From: Nitratidesulfovibrio vulgaris str. Hildenborough | GTDB taxonomy: Bacteria; Desulfobacterota; Desulfovibrionia; Desulfovibrionales; Desulfovibrionaceae | Assembly: GCF_000195755.1 (NCBI RefSeq) | Contig: NC_002937.3 | Coordinates: 330,001 to 362,000 of the forward strand | DNA length: 32,000 nucleotides | Reading direction: 5' to 3' | Part shown: piece by piece, positions 31,450 to 32,000 of the stretch | Numbering within the stretch: position 1 is the first letter of the stretch | Layout of the letters: every line of letters starts with the position of its first letter | Notes under the pieces: model-generated | Told to the model about the DNA's origin: nothing | Database searches by the model: none | Seen by the model: the letters and a program-made list of their open reading frames with translations, nothing else | Made by a program: the position numbers and the translations under genes

Positions 31450-32000
31450 ATGAGCAGCCATCTGGATTACGAAATCAACAAGGAATTGGGCGAGTGCTAC
31501 CTGTTCATGGGTGACCTCGAAAAGGCGGAGGACTACTACCGCAAGGCTGCCGCCAGCAATGGCGTGCATCCCGACCCATATCTCGGACTCGCAACCATCG
31601 CCGTCCAGCGCGGTGCGCTTTCGGACGCACTCGTCCTCTACCGCAAGGCGGCGGACATCGAAGCGGGAGACAAGGCCCTTGCGGGCATGGGTCTCGTGGA
31701 GATGGAACAGGGCGATGCCGAGGCGGCCTACGGGCACCTCGCCGCAGCGCTGGCGCTGAATCCCGAGAACCTTGTCGCCATGAATTGCATCGTGCGTCTC
31801 GGATACCATTTCGGGCGTGTCGCCGATGTCGTGCCGTACCTCGAGAATTATCTCTCTCTCGTCCCGGGAAAGGACACCGTGCGTACCACGCTTGCGGGCT
31901 GTCTCATCACCCTCGGACGCCCTGAAGAGGCACGTGCCCATCTTGAACAGGTGCTGGCCAGCGACCCCGCCAACCCCGAGGCGCGCTCACTGTATGAAGG
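31450..32000 (+). CDS. TPR-repeat protein (5' part; runs off the window end)
   Basis: This is my own translation from the ATG at 31450, with GGAGGGG upstream. It reads MSSHLDYEINKELGECYLFMGDLEKAEDYYRKAAASNGVHPDPYLGLATIAVQRGALSDALVLYRKAADIE...LAAALALNPENL...LEQVLASDPANPEA. Codons are GC3-rich. The opposite ORF 31420..31941 is its shadow. Confidence 0.8.
   Translation, partial: MSSHLDYEINKELGECYLFMGDLEKAEDYYRKAAASNGVHPDPYLGLATIAVQRGALSDALVLYRKAADIEAGDKALAGMGLVEMEQGDAEAAYGHLAAALALNPENLVAMNCIVRLGYHFGRVADVVPYLENYLSLVPGKDTVRTTLAGCLITLGRPEEARAHLEQVLASDPANPEARSLYE

Noticed and set aside
31420-31941. 173-aa ORF on the - strand
   Set aside because: It is antisense to the SD-preceded, GC3-rich, clearly TPR-like + strand gene starting at 31450.
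1-32000. Search for tRNA/rRNA genes, CRISPR arrays, IS elements, integrases, toxin-antitoxin or known defence genes
   Set aside because: I saw no T-loop (GGTTCGAATCC-type) cloverleaf candidates in the spacers and no regularly spaced repeat arrays. I also found no transposase or recombinase motifs and no terminal inverted repeats. The only mobility signature is the hisF-end duplication.

Overview
This is a 32-kb high-GC chromosomal segment. Gene content and codon style look Desulfovibrio (vulgaris-type), but that taxon call is my inference and is not verified. Layout by region: (a) 1-3.9 kb holds a glutaredoxin-like gene (partial), ppiB and hisH-hisF. Behind hisF sits a ~0.9-kb AT-rich methyltransferase cassette bracketed by two versions of the hisF 3' end. 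(b) 3.9-7.4 kb, minus strand, is an operon of APH-family kinase / orphan ABC ATPase / lipoprotein / moaC. (c) 7.7-13 kb, plus strand, carries a DksA/TraR zinc-finger protein, a helical-repeat+GT2 glycosyltransferase, a flavoprotein resembling eukaryotic-type UDP-galactopyranose mutase, and an M24 Xaa-Pro peptidase. (d) 13.1-14.4 kb is a gene-poor stretch with one DUF4911-like small ORF. It is followed by a HEAT-repeat protein and a 52-aa YegP/DUF1508 gene that is too short for the ORF track. (e) 15.6-18.3 kb is nrdG-nrdD (class III ribonucleotide reductase) with an unusual 119-nt overlap at a homopolymer tract. (f) 18.8-20.6 kb is a ferredoxin / DUF2325 / small TPR / CheX cluster. (g) 20.7-22.9 kb is a hypothetical protein plus a FlgE-like hook-family protein. 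(h) 23.3-24.8 kb is a PACE (AceI-like) exporter with a divergent LysR regulator. (i) 24.9-30.8 kb is the flagellar operon flgB-flgC-fliE-fliF-fliG-fliH-fliI. (j) From 31.45 kb a TPR gene runs off the window end. I saw no rRNA, tRNA, CRISPR array, transposase or integrase. Four sigma-54-type promoter candidates with the correct GG-N10-GC spacing are present. Most long ORFs opposite the called genes are high-GC antisense shadows. The observations I consider most worth follow-up are the hisF-end-duplicating AT-rich cassette, the eukaryotic-type UGM-like + GT2 pair, the nrdG/nrdD homopolymer junction, and the ferredoxin-DUF2325-TPR-CheX cluster. I cannot claim from sequence alone that any of these is a new system.
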